From: a bacterium
GTDB taxonomy: Bacteria; RBG-13-61-14; DATKZS01
DNA: 64,000 bases
NCBI GenBank assembly: GCA_963674965.2
Contig: CAXXFL010000003.1
Location: 448,001-512,000 of the forward strand
Reading direction: 5' to 3'
Of the stretch, positions 9,116-18,525 are shown in pieces. Both the position numbers and the translations under genes were made by a program. The notes under the pieces are model-generated. The model was not told where the DNA came from and made no database searches. It was given only the letters and a program-made list of their open reading frames with translations. Each line of letters begins with the position of its first letter. Positions within the stretch are counted from its first letter, which is position 1.

Positions 9116-10423
9116 ATGGAACTGGAAAGACTCGCGAAACTGAAAACGGACATGGAGAAGTGCTTTCGGTGCTCTCTATGTAAAATGGTGCTCCTCCCGG
9201 TGGCCAACGATCCGGAGTTCACCGACGCCTGCCCGGCGGCGCGGCATTTCAACTTTCACGGCTACTCGGGATCGGGCAAGCAGATCATGGCCCTCTCCCT
9301 GCTCGATAAAAGGATCGAGCTTGACGAGCCCCTGGCCCGGATCACCTACGCCTGCACCGCCTGCGGCTACTGCGACGCGGCCTGCAAGTTCATCATGGAC
9401 GCCGAGCGCCACCAGGTGAACATGGCCCTTCGCGAGGCCCTGGCCAACGCCGGGCTTGCACCCCAGCCGGTCAAGGAGATGATGGAATCCCTCGAGAAAA
9501 GGGGCCACGCCCGCCCGGGGGACGCGCCGCCCATCGACTGGGCCCAGGGACTGGCCCTGAAAAAAATGCCCGCCCAGAAGGCCGACGTTCTCCTCCTGGC
9601 CGGCTCGGCCCGACGCGACCCGGCCGCGGCCGAAAGGGCCAGGAAGATGGCCCAGATCATGATCAAGGCCGGCGTGAACGCGGGAGTACTCGAGGACGAC
9701 GAGCCGCCCCTCGGGCTCGAGGCCTACTGGGCCGGATACATGGACGCCTTTACCAAAATGGCCAGGAAGACGGCCGATCTGTTCGACGGACTGGGCGCGT
9801 CCACCATCGTGGTCATCTCGGGATCGGACCTTGGCGTCATCAGGTCCAAGTACCCCGAGTACGGCGTAAAGACAAACGCCGAGGTCCTCCACGCCTCCGA
9901 GTACCTGGCCCGGCTCAAGGACCAGGGTAGGCTGAGACTCGAGAAATACGTAAGCGTCGCGGCCGCCTATCACGACCCCTGCTACCTGGGCCGGCAGAGC
10001 GAGAAGTACCAGCCATGGGACGGGGTCGAGAAAACCACCCTCGGCGTCATGACCTACCACGACCCGCCCAAGAAGGTGAACCGGGGGACCAAGGGGGTTT
10101 TCGAGGCCCCACGCCGGATAATCGCGGCCGTGGCCGGGGTCCGCTTCCGCGAACTGAAGAGAATCAAAGAGTACTCCTATTGCTGCGGCGGAGGAGGGTG
10201 CGCCCCCCTTTCCAACCCGGAGATGTCCATGGCCGCGGCCCTGCACCGGCTCGAGGAAACGGCCGCGGTCAAGGCCGAGGTCCTGGTCACCTGCTGCTCC
10301 CAGTGCGAGGCCCAGTTCGAGGCGGCCCTGAAAACTGAGGACGCCAGGAAAATGGGCGTGGACAATATCAAGATCATGGACCTTATCGACCTCGCGCACG
10401 AGGCGGAAGGATTGGGGGAATAA
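9116..10423 (+). CDS. HdrD/GlpC-like Fe-S oxidoreductase (4Fe-4S dicluster plus CCG domains)
   Basis: CFRCSLC...CP, CTACGYCDAAC, YHDPCYLGR, CCGGGG, TCCSQC. Confidence 0.9.
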   Translation: MELERLAKLKTDMEKCFRCSLCKMVLLPVANDPEFTDACPAARHFNFHGYSGSGKQIMALSLLDKRIELDEPLARITYACTACGYCDAACKFIMDAERHQVNMALREALANAGLAPQPVKEMMESLEKRGHARPGDAPPIDWAQGLALKKMPAQKADVLLLAGSARRDPAAAERARKMAQIMIKAGVNAGVLEDDEPPLGLEAYWAGYMDAFTKMARKTADLFDGLGASTIVVISGSDLGVIRSKYPEYGVKTNAEVLHASEYLARLKDQGRLRLEKYVSVAAAYHDPCYLGRQSEKYQPWDGVEKTTLGVMTYHDPPKKVNRGTKGVFEAPRRIIAAVAGVRFRELKRIKEYSYCCGGGGCAPLSNPEMSMAAALHRLEETAAVKAEVLVTCCSQCEAQFEAALKTEDARKMGVDNIKIMDLIDLAHEAEGLGE

Positions 10424-10424
10424 A

Positions 10425-11903
10425 ATGCCGTCATCTATCAAAGACGCGATAGAAAAGCTGGCCGGGAACGCGGGCGTCGAGACGGCCGCGGACCCCTCGG
10501 CCCTCGCGGCCTACGGCCTGGACAACCCACTCATTAAAAACGGGCCCGGCCCCGCGGCCGCCATAATACCCAAGGACGCGGACCAGGTGGCGCGGATCAT
10601 CAAGCTCGCCAATGAGGAAGGGTTCAAGCTGGTCCCCTTTTCCTCGAGCGGCCCTCACGTCAAGGGCGGCGCGTCCTGCAAGGAGGAACACGCGGCGCTC
10701 GACCTTTCATCTTGGAAGGAAATCCCCTGGATCAACAAAAGGAACAGGGTGTGCCTCATCCAGCCGGGCGTCACCTACGGCGAGCTTCTTCAAGCCCTCG
10801 AGCCTCATGGCCTGACCGTCTCCATGCCCCTGGCGCCCAGGAGCGGCAAGAGCGTCCTGGCCGCGGTCATGGACCGGGAGCCCTCGACCTGGCCCAACAA
10901 GCAGTGGGACACGGCTGACCCCGCGGCCAGCACCGAGTTCGTCTTCGGAACGGGCGACGTCTTCCGGACGGGGGCCGCCGCCGCGGCCGGGTCGCTCGAG
11001 AAGCAACGCGAGGCCGGCGGCGCCCAGAAGAGCCCCATGGGCCCCTCCCAGACGGACTTCCACCGGGTGGTGCAGGGAAGCCAGGGCTCGATGGGGGTCG
11101 TCACCTGGATCACGATGAGGACCGAGCAAAAACCCTCGGTCCAGGAGCCCAGGGTACTGGGGGCGGACAAGCTCGAGAAGCTTATCCCCTTCATTTACCG
11201 CGTGCAGCGCTCCTATTTGGGCGAGCACTCCTTCGTCCTCGATCGGAACGCCCTGGCCATGCTCCTGACCATGGACGAGCCGGGGACCTTCGGCGACAGA
11301 AGAAACGCCCTGCCCGAGTACGTCTGTCTCCAGAACCTGGCCGGCTTCAACCGCATGGCCCACGAGCGCGTCGAGTACCAGCTGAAGGATATCGGGGAAC
11401 TGGCGGACAAGAACGGACTCGAGTTGGCCCCGGCCCTCGAGGGCGTGGGCGCGAGGGAACTCCTCGAGGCGGCCACCGCTCCATGCGGCGAAAAGGACTG
11501 GAGACGGTCGCTCAAGGGCCACTGCCTCTCGATCTTTTTTCTCACCACCCTGGACAGGGTCCCCGAGTTCATCGCCAAGGCCGGGGAGGCGGCGAAAGGG
11601 TCCGGCCTGGACCCCGCGTCGCTGGGGACATACGTCCAGCCGGTGGTGCAGAACCACTCGTGCCACCTCGAGTTCATGCTTCCCTATGACCCGGGCGACT
11701 CCTCGGAGGTCGGGCGGGCGGCCGGCTTCGAGGAGAGGGCGGTCAAGTCCCTGATGGAGGGGGGGGCCTTTTTCTCGCGGCCCTACGGCTCGGCGGCCGC
11801 GTCGGTTTTCGAGGCCAACCCTCTTAACCTCGACCTGTTGCGCCGGATCAAGGCCATATTCGATCCCAACCGCTCGCTCAATCCCGGCAAGTTCGGGCTA
11901 TAA
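10425..11903 (+). CDS. FAD-binding oxidoreductase (VAO/PCMH, GlcD-like)
   Basis: FAD_binding_4 pattern (P-x-D-x-x-Q-V, QPGVTY, GSQGSMGVVT) and C-terminal IKAIFDPNRSLNPGK. Confidence 0.88.
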   Translation: MPSSIKDAIEKLAGNAGVETAADPSALAAYGLDNPLIKNGPGPAAAIIPKDADQVARIIKLANEEGFKLVPFSSSGPHVKGGASCKEEHAALDLSSWKEIPWINKRNRVCLIQPGVTYGELLQALEPHGLTVSMPLAPRSGKSVLAAVMDREPSTWPNKQWDTADPAASTEFVFGTGDVFRTGAAAAAGSLEKQREAGGAQKSPMGPSQTDFHRVVQGSQGSMGVVTWITMRTEQKPSVQEPRVLGADKLEKLIPFIYRVQRSYLGEHSFVLDRNALAMLLTMDEPGTFGDRRNALPEYVCLQNLAGFNRMAHERVEYQLKDIGELADKNGLELAPALEGVGARELLEAATAPCGEKDWRRSLKGHCLSIFFLTTLDRVPEFIAKAGEAAKGSGLDPASLGTYVQPVVQNHSCHLEFMLPYDPGDSSEVGRAAGFEERAVKSLMEGGAFFSRPYGSAAASVFEANPLNLDLLRRIKAIFDPNRSLNPGKFGL

Positions 11904-11916
11904 AAAGGACTGGCAA

Positions 11917-13608
11917 ATGCTTACATCCGATGAAATCAAGGCCCTCGAGGACGTGGTGGGCAAGGAATGGGTGAACGCGGACCCCTGCATGATGGACACC
12001 TACTCGTACTACATGAACCCCGAGATACTCAACCAGGACGGCAGCCTCTGGCTTCCGCGTCCCTCGGCGGTGGCCATGCCCTCCACCACCGAGGAGGTGG
12101 CGGCAATCGTCAGGCTCTGCAACGAGAAGGACATGATGGTCAAGCCCATCTCGACGGGCTGGAGCGCCACGGCGGCGGCCTCCCGCGACAAGGTGGTGGT
12201 GCTCGACCTCAAGCGCATGAACCGGATCGTCGAGATCGACTACGACAACCAGGTGGCGGTGGTCGAGCCCTACGTCAAGGCCATCAACCTCCAGTCCATC
12301 ATCTGGAGGAAGGGACTCAACCTGCACGTGGTGTCCTGCGGCGGCAACCATTCCCCCCTCGCCTCGGTGACCTCGGCCTGGGGAACGGGTCTGGACGGTC
12401 CCTCCATGAGCTACAGCGGCAGGAACCTGCTCGGGGTCGAGTGGGTCCTGCCCACGGGCGACGTCATCGAGCTGGGAAGCAAGGGACACGGCGCGGGATG
12501 GTTCACGGCCGACGGTCCCGGCCCCTCCCTGCGCGGGATCATGCGCGGCTACATGGGCGCCTTCGGCGGCCTGGGCGTTTTCACCAAGGCGGCCGTCAAG
12601 CTCTACAGGTGGGACGGGCCGGCCGAGCTCGAGGTGTCCGGCTGCTCCCCCCATTACGCCATCGAGAACCTGCCCGGAAACGTGGGCCTTTACATGATCA
12701 ACTTTCCCGACTCGAAGTCCCTGGCCGACGCGGGCTACCTGATGGGCGAGGCCGAACTGGCCTACGCCGACTTCCGGTTGCCCGCCTTCATGAGCGCCCT
12801 GGGCGCCACGGAGGACAACCTCGAGCTCAAACAGGTCTGGGACTCGGGGCTGATGCAGAAGGTGGCCCAGTACAACCTCATCGTCTCCATAATCGGCTAC
12901 AGCGCCGGGGAGTTCGAGTGGAAGACGAAGGCCCTGAGGCAAATACTCAATGAAACCGGCGGCGTCAACATGCCCGTTTACGCCGAGACCGACGTGAACA
13001 TGCTAAAGCTCGCGAAGCCGGTCCTGAAGCTCATGAGCGACCCTCTTTTTCTCCTGCGCAAAATGCCCTGGCTCCAGGAGTTCATCCGTAACCTTCCCAT
13101 CAAGGAGGAAAGGAAAAAGTACGCCTTGTCCGATATATTCTGGGTCATGCTCCGCCACGCCATTAACGTACAGGGCAACTTCCGGCCCAGCCAGGCCATG
13201 TTCACCAGCCTGGGGACCTTCGACACCTGGGACCTTGGCCTCAAGCAGGGAGATTGGATAGCCAACCAGAAAAAGAAATACATCGAGCAGGGTCTGTTCC
13301 TGGACGACGGCGGGGACCTGGGATGCGGCGGCACCTTCGAGTACGCCCACATGGGCTACCTGGAGGGGATCGGCCTTTATTCCTCCAAGGACCCCAAGTC
13401 GGTCATGGCCGCGGGCCAGGTCATCGAGGAGGCGGTCCAGGCCTGCGTGGACGAGTCCTTTGGCATTCCCATCGCCGGATTCGGGTCCCACATGAACGCC
13501 AAGCTCGGGCCCCACTCGGGCAACTACCAGGAGTGGATGAAAAAGATCAAGAAGGCCCTCGATCCCAACGTGGCCTCGGACCCCTTCTTCTACTCCGAGC
13601 CGGAATAA
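11917..13608 (+). CDS. FAD-binding oxidoreductase (VAO/PCMH family)
   Basis: PSAVAMPSTTEEV, LDLKRMNRIVEID, NLLGVEWVLPTG, GGLGVFTK, KIKKALDPN. Confidence 0.9.
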   Translation: MLTSDEIKALEDVVGKEWVNADPCMMDTYSYYMNPEILNQDGSLWLPRPSAVAMPSTTEEVAAIVRLCNEKDMMVKPISTGWSATAAASRDKVVVLDLKRMNRIVEIDYDNQVAVVEPYVKAINLQSIIWRKGLNLHVVSCGGNHSPLASVTSAWGTGLDGPSMSYSGRNLLGVEWVLPTGDVIELGSKGHGAGWFTADGPGPSLRGIMRGYMGAFGGLGVFTKAAVKLYRWDGPAELEVSGCSPHYAIENLPGNVGLYMINFPDSKSLADAGYLMGEAELAYADFRLPAFMSALGATEDNLELKQVWDSGLMQKVAQYNLIVSIIGYSAGEFEWKTKALRQILNETGGVNMPVYAETDVNMLKLAKPVLKLMSDPLFLLRKMPWLQEFIRNLPIKEERKKYALSDIFWVMLRHAINVQGNFRPSQAMFTSLGTFDTWDLGLKQGDWIANQKKKYIEQGLFLDDGGDLGCGGTFEYAHMGYLEGIGLYSSKDPKSVMAAGQVIEEAVQACVDESFGIPIAGFGSHMNAKLGPHSGNYQEWMKKIKKALDPNVASDPFFYSEPE

Positions 13609-13641
13609 ACGCGGCAAAGCATAGAGAGGACCGGATACAAT

Positions 13642-14763
13642 ATGAACTCAAAGCAAAGAATCGAGGCGGCCATCAACCTCGAGGCGGCCGACCGGGCCCC
13701 GGTGGGCCCCCTTCTGGACCACTTCGCGGCCACTTACACCGGCATTACCAAGACCGAGTTTATGCAAAACCCCGACAGCCGCATCAAGGCCATCCTCAAG
13801 ACCATGGCCGACATGGGGCCGTGGGACATTACCTTCATGGCCGAGACCGTCATACCCGAGCTCCTTTACGGCGCGCCCGCCCGCGTCAAGTGGCCGGGCA
13901 AGGACCTGCCCGACCATGAGATACACCAGTTCGAGGAGTTCGAGTTGCTCTCGCCCGAGGACTACGACCTCCTGGTCGATATCGGCCTGACCAAGTTCCT
14001 CCAGAACGTCACCGTCCGCCTCTACCCGGAGCTTGACGGACTCCTGCCCGGATTGAAGATGGGACTGGGCTATACCTGGAACATCATTAAGCACGCCCGC
14101 AAGGTCCGGGCCGCCGGAGCCGAGCCCGCCGTGGGCTTCATGCTGCCCGGGCCCATGTTCGAGTATTTCTCCATCGGACGGAGCATGGGGCCCATGAGCA
14201 TGGACCTTTACGACCACCCCGAGAAGATCAAGAGGGCCGGCAAGGTATGGGCCGAGGCCATGACGAAACTCTCCATAAAGTTCTCCAAGCTGGTGGGCAT
14301 TCCCCGCGTCTTCATCGGGCTCTCGCGCAGCTCCCCCTCCATGATCTCGCCCCGGCACTTCGAGGAGTTCGTGCTGCCCGAGCTGGATATCATGGTGAAC
14401 GGCATCATCGACGCGGGCCTATACCCGCTCTTCCACTGCGACACCAACTGGACCCGGAACTTCGAGTACTTCAAGAGGTTCCCGAAAAAGAAAATCATCC
14501 TCGAGCTGGACGGGGCCTCGGACATATTCAAGGCCAAGGAGGAGCTGGGGAATAACATGTGCATCATGGGGGACGTGCCCGCTTATCTTCTGGCCTTCGG
14601 GAAAAAAGAGGAGGTGCTCGATTACTGCAAGCGGCTCCTCGAGGAGGTGGGAAAAGGAGGAGGCTTTATCCTCTCCTCGGGCTGCTCCGTTCCCTCCAAC
14701 GCCAAGCCCGAAAACGTGCGCGCCATCTTCGAGGCGGCCGAGAAATGGGGCAGATATCAATAG
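13642..14763 (+). CDS. Uroporphyrinogen decarboxylase-family (MtaA/CmuA-like) protein
   Basis: ADRAPVGP, ISPRHFEEFVLP, FHCD, CIMGDVP, GGGFILSSGC, NAKPENV. Confidence 0.88.
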   Translation: MNSKQRIEAAINLEAADRAPVGPLLDHFAATYTGITKTEFMQNPDSRIKAILKTMADMGPWDITFMAETVIPELLYGAPARVKWPGKDLPDHEIHQFEEFELLSPEDYDLLVDIGLTKFLQNVTVRLYPELDGLLPGLKMGLGYTWNIIKHARKVRAAGAEPAVGFMLPGPMFEYFSIGRSMGPMSMDLYDHPEKIKRAGKVWAEAMTKLSIKFSKLVGIPRVFIGLSRSSPSMISPRHFEEFVLPELDIMVNGIIDAGLYPLFHCDTNWTRNFEYFKRFPKKKIILELDGASDIFKAKEELGNNMCIMGDVPAYLLAFGKKEEVLDYCKRLLEEVGKGGGFILSSGCSVPSNAKPENVRAIFEAAEKWGRYQ

Positions 14764-14842
14764 GGAAAACCGGCCGCCGGCGCGAGGACGGACGGTCGTA
14801 TAATATAATCGAAACCTAGCGGTTAAGGAGGACGGGTAAATC

Positions 14843-15352
14843 ATGAATCTTCGGTCTATCGTTATCTTGCTCTTGCTTATCGTCGGGCCGGCCCTGGCGG
14901 CGGCCGTGAGCGGCCGGGGCCAGGCCGCGTCCAGCTCCCCGGCGGCCATCGGGCTGGCCTCGGGCATCGTGCACGGCGACACCTCGGTCCCCGACGAGAA
15001 GCTAATCGAGCAATACGGCGACAAAATGCCCGACGTCGTCTTTCTGAAGAGGCTGTGCAAAAAGATGGAGCCCGTCGAGTTCCATCACAAGGCCCACGTT
15101 GAGAGGAAGGTCGCCCGCTGCGGCAATTGTCATCACAAAAACCCGACGGACATTAAGCCCTGCGGCGAGTGCCACGTCGAGGCGCCCGAGGACCCGAAGG
15201 CGCCCAAGTACCAGAAGGCGCACCACGACCTGTGCCATCCGTGCCACAAGGAGCACAAGACCGGCGACGGCGGGCCGCCCATCAAGTGCGTCGAGTGTCA
15301 TAAAAAAGGCAACGGCGAGAAGGCGGGGGTAGAGTGCCCGGCGCCCAAGTAA
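14843..15352 (+). CDS. Tetraheme class III cytochrome c3
   Basis: Signal peptide; PVEFHHKAH; four CxxCH motifs (CGNCH, CGECH, CHPCH, CVECH); SD AAGGAGG. Confidence 0.92.
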   Translation: MNLRSIVILLLLIVGPALAAAVSGRGQAASSSPAAIGLASGIVHGDTSVPDEKLIEQYGDKMPDVVFLKRLCKKMEPVEFHHKAHVERKVARCGNCHHKNPTDIKPCGECHVEAPEDPKAPKYQKAHHDLCHPCHKEHKTGDGGPPIKCVECHKKGNGEKAGVECPAPK

Positions 15353-15373
15353 GGAAAAGAGAAAACGCCGAGA

Positions 15374-15403
15374 CGGCCGGGTTTATGTCCCGGCCGCTTT
15401 TTT
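15374..15403 (+). terminator. Rho-independent terminator
   Basis: CGGCCGGG-TTTATGT-CCCGGCCG followed by CTTTTTT, between convergent genes. Confidence 0.8.
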
Positions 15404-15421
15404 CTTCCATGGCAAAGCCGG

Positions 15422-15913
15422 CTATTCCTCGAAGCGGTTGCCGATGGTGACCTTGATGACCACCTCGTCGGTGTAGGGGTCCTGTACGGTCACTATCTGG
15501 GTCTGGCCCTGGCTGGCCTTGTGCAGGGTGCTCGAGCCGAGGGGAAGGTTCATCTTGGTCACTTCCGTGTAATCCGTCGATTTCAGCACCTCTACCTTGG
15601 CGTAGACCTTGGACTTGCTGTTGTATATCTGGACCTTGTTCTCGGAGGGAACGTTGAGAAGGGCCTCGGCCGGAAGATGGAAAACCGACTTGGTTTCCTC
15701 CGTCTCCGGGTCCTTGAACCTGCCGTGGGTCACCTCAAGGACCGTGCCGCTGGGACCGTCCAGGACCACCAGCATGTTGCCGGGCCGGACTATGCCCTTG
15801 GCCGTCGAGTAAGCCGACGACGCCCCCTGCTTTACCTTCTGGCACCCCAGCGAAACCGAGGCAAAGGCGATCGCCGCCGCGGCCATGACCATGAGATATC
15901 TTTTGGCGTCCAT
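15422..15913 (-). CDS. Hypothetical lipoprotein
   Basis: Signal peptide with lipobox SLGC; SD AGGAGG. Confidence 0.75.
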   Translation of the reverse strand: MDAKRYLMVMAAAAIAFASVSLGCQKVKQGASSAYSTAKGIVRPGNMLVVLDGPSGTVLEVTHGRFKDPETEETKSVFHLPAEALLNVPSENKVQIYNSKSKVYAKVEVLKSTDYTEVTKMNLPLGSSTLHKASQGQTQIVTVQDPYTDEVVIKVTIGNRFEE

Positions 15914-15990
15914 GTTTTCCTCCTGATTTGTTCAATAGAACGTTTCGGATTTCGGGTCTTGCCATAGGCTAGCACCATTTCGGGCGCTTG

Positions 15991-16815
15991 TTAACCCTCG
16001 AGGCCCCCGAAGAGCTTTTTCGCGTTGTCTCGCAAAATCCCGTTTTTGACCTCCTCCGAGATGGAAAGCCTGGTTATCGCGTCCACCGCCTCCCGGTAGG
16101 GGTAGGGAATATTGGGGTAATCGGAGCCGAAGAGTATCCTGTCCGACCACTTCTCGATAAGCTCGAGGGGGACCTTGGGCTGGGCATCGAACAGGTCCGT
16201 CCTTACCCATATCATGGCCGTGTCCAGGTAAAGCCCCGGGTATTTCTCCAGCATGGCCAGGGCGCGCTCCGTCTCGAACGCCCCCATGTGGGCCAGCACC
16301 ACCCGGAGACCGGGCCGCCGGGCAAGAACGCGCTCGAGCCTGTCAAGGCCTACCCATTTGTTGGCGTAGGGCGCCGTGCCCCCATGCAGCACCAGGGTCT
16401 TGTCCAGGGCCTCGAGACGATCGAGCGTGGTCTCCAGCCTCGGGTCGTCGACGCCGAACTCGCACACCAGGGGCTGGAGCTTTATGCCATGGAAGACGCC
16501 GTCCTCCAGGTAGGGAGCCACCGTTCCCCACGGGTCGGGGTCGCCGGCGTGGACCGTGCCGAAGCCGATGGCCTCGGGACGGCCCGAGACGAACCCGGCG
16601 GTCCATTCGTTGAGCCTGGCCGCCTGGCCCGGCCGCCTGACGTAATTAAGGGTGGCGTAGCGCTCGACGCCCTCGGCCCCGAGGCTTTCGGCCAGCTCCG
16701 AGGAGGAGCGCTTGTGGGCGATGCCCCATCCCCCGCTCTCGAAGAACCTCCAGATGGCCTCGAACATGGGCCGGGGAAAAAAATGGGCGTGCATGTCTAT
16801 TATGGGTCCCGTCAA
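15991..16815 (-). CDS. Amidohydrolase-2 family metal-dependent hydrolase
   Basis: IIDMHAH, GIKLQP, VLHGG, VLAHMG, YLDTA, ILFGSDYP; start placed at TTG 16815 with GAGGA 7 nt upstream, just after the xylB stop. Confidence 0.88.
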   Translation of the reverse strand: MTGPIIDMHAHFFPRPMFEAIWRFFESGGWGIAHKRSSSELAESLGAEGVERYATLNYVRRPGQAARLNEWTAGFVSGRPEAIGFGTVHAGDPDPWGTVAPYLEDGVFHGIKLQPLVCEFGVDDPRLETTLDRLEALDKTLVLHGGTAPYANKWVGLDRLERVLARRPGLRVVLAHMGAFETERALAMLEKYPGLYLDTAMIWVRTDLFDAQPKVPLELIEKWSDRILFGSDYPNIPYPYREAVDAITRLSISEEVKNGILRDNAKKLFGGLEG

Positions 16816-16841
16816 GATTCGATCCTCGCTTATCTTGCTCT

Positions 16842-18332
16842 TCAGATCGCGAACTTGTCCTTTAACGCCTCGTAGAGGGCGGCGAACCTCTCGTGGCCCG
16901 CCTCGTAGGCGTTCACCCAGTCCGGATCGGGCTCGATCTCGTCGCGGATGGACAAGGTCGCCTCGGCGGCCTCGGCCGCGCTCGAGAAGGCGCCCGTTCC
17001 CACCAGCGCCAAAATAGCCGCCCCGAACGCGGGCCCCTCGTCCACCGAGAGCCGCTTGATGGGAAGGCCCAAAACGCTCGAGATCACGGCCGACCACAAG
17101 GCGCTTTTCGCGCCGCCCCCCGAGAGGTATACCTCGTCCATCCTGAGCCCGCTCTCGGCCATGAGGTTGACCGAGTCCTTCAGGCCGTAGGCCACGCCCT
17201 CCATCACCGCCCGGGTCAGATGCCCGACGCCCGAGCCGAGGGAGAGGCCCGAGAAGACGCCCCTCGCCTCGGGGTCGAAGTGCGGGGTCCTCTCTCCCGT
17301 CAGGTAGGGAAGGAAGGTGAGCCCCTCGCACCGGGGGGGGACCTCCTCGGCGGCCGCGCCCATGTCGGGATAATCGATATCTGACCCGGCTTGGCGAAAG
17401 AGGTCCCGCAGCCAGCGCGTCGAGCCCCCGGCCGAGAGCATCACTCCCATGGCGTGCCAGAGCCCGGGCGAGGCGTGGCAAAAGGAATGTATCCGCGCCA
17501 GCGGGTCCATAACCGGCTTCTCCGAGGCCGCGAAGACCACTCCCGAGGTTCCCACCGTAATAAGTACCGGTCCCTCCCTCACCACGCCGTTGCCGATCGC
17601 GCCCGCCGCCTGGTCGCCCGCGCCGGCGACCACGGGGGTCCCGGGCTCGAGTCCCGCGGCCAGGGCCGCCTCTTTCGAGACCCGGCCGCATATCTGGGAA
17701 GACTCGTAAACCCGGGCCAGGATCGACGCGTCGATCTCGAGCAGGTCCAGCGTCTCGCGGGACCATTCCCGGCCCGCCACGTCGAAAAGGAGCATGCCCG
17801 AGGCGTCGGACACGTCGGTGGCCTTCTCGCCGGTCAGCTTGAACCTTATGTAGTCCTTGGCGAGGAGGAGACTTTTAAGCCGTCCGTAATTTTGCGGCTC
17901 CGAGTTTTTCAGCCAGAGCACCTTGGGCGCCGTGAATCCGGTCAGGGCCCGGTTGTTGGTCAGGGTCACGAGCCGGTCGAACCCTATCTTTTCGGTAATG
18001 TACTCGACCTCGCCGCTCACGCGCTGGTCGCACCAGAGGAGGGCCGGCCTGATCACGCCGTCGTTCCCGTCCAGGAAAACCGAGCTGTGCATCTGGCCGG
18101 TCAGTCCCACTCCGACCACCTCGGCGCCCCTCGCGCCCGAGTCGGCCAGGAGCCGTTTTATCACTTCGGCCGAGGCCTTCCACCAGTCGTCCGGGTCCTG
18201 CTCGGCCCATCCCGGCCGGGGGGTGGACACGCCGTACTCGACCGTCGCCGTCCGGGCGACCCGGCCACTCTCGGACACCAAAAGGCCCTTGGTCCCCGAG
18301 GTGCCGACGTCGATACCAATCACGTAACTCAA
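16842..18332 (-). CDS. xylB: Xylulokinase (FGGY family)
   Basis: IGIDVGTSGTK, GLTGQMHS, ALLWCDQR, TDVSDASG, GAGDQAA, FLPYLTGERTPH, SGGGAKS; TTG start. Confidence 0.9.
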   Translation of the reverse strand: MSYVIGIDVGTSGTKGLLVSESGRVARTATVEYGVSTPRPGWAEQDPDDWWKASAEVIKRLLADSGARGAEVVGVGLTGQMHSSVFLDGNDGVIRPALLWCDQRVSGEVEYITEKIGFDRLVTLTNNRALTGFTAPKVLWLKNSEPQNYGRLKSLLLAKDYIRFKLTGEKATDVSDASGMLLFDVAGREWSRETLDLLEIDASILARVYESSQICGRVSKEAALAAGLEPGTPVVAGAGDQAAGAIGNGVVREGPVLITVGTSGVVFAASEKPVMDPLARIHSFCHASPGLWHAMGVMLSAGGSTRWLRDLFRQAGSDIDYPDMGAAAEEVPPRCEGLTFLPYLTGERTPHFDPEARGVFSGLSLGSGVGHLTRAVMEGVAYGLKDSVNLMAESGLRMDEVYLSGGGAKSALWSAVISSVLGLPIKRLSVDEGPAFGAAILALVGTGAFSSAAEAAEATLSIRDEIEPDPDWVNAYEAGHERFAALYEALKDKFAI

Positions 18333-18428
18333 AGCCTTCCTCCTTGGCCGCGCGAAAAGCGCGTTATCAGGCTAAGGTAATCCATCAGGCCCGCCATGTA
18401 AAACCCGTCCCGAACCACGCGGTCCTCC

Positions 18429-18467
18429 TTGACTGGCGTTACAAGCGAGCCTACCATGGTTAGGTAG
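18429..18467 (+). promoter_or_regulatory. Sigma70-like promoter for the NUDIX gene with small inverted repeat over the -10
   Basis: TTGACT(18429)-17nt-TACCAT(18452); CTACC-N7-GGTAG at 18451-18467. Confidence 0.5.
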
Positions 18468-18525
18468 ACCGCCGCCGGCCGCGGAAGAAGAAGTCGGCGG
18501 CAACAATGGGGCGAGGTCCAAGCGC

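Noticed and set aside
16816-17766. Apparent 591-aa amidohydrolase with long N-terminal extension overlapping xylB
   Set aside because: The extension is Arg/Gly-rich off-frame xylB sequence; a TTG start with SD at 16815 explains the gene.
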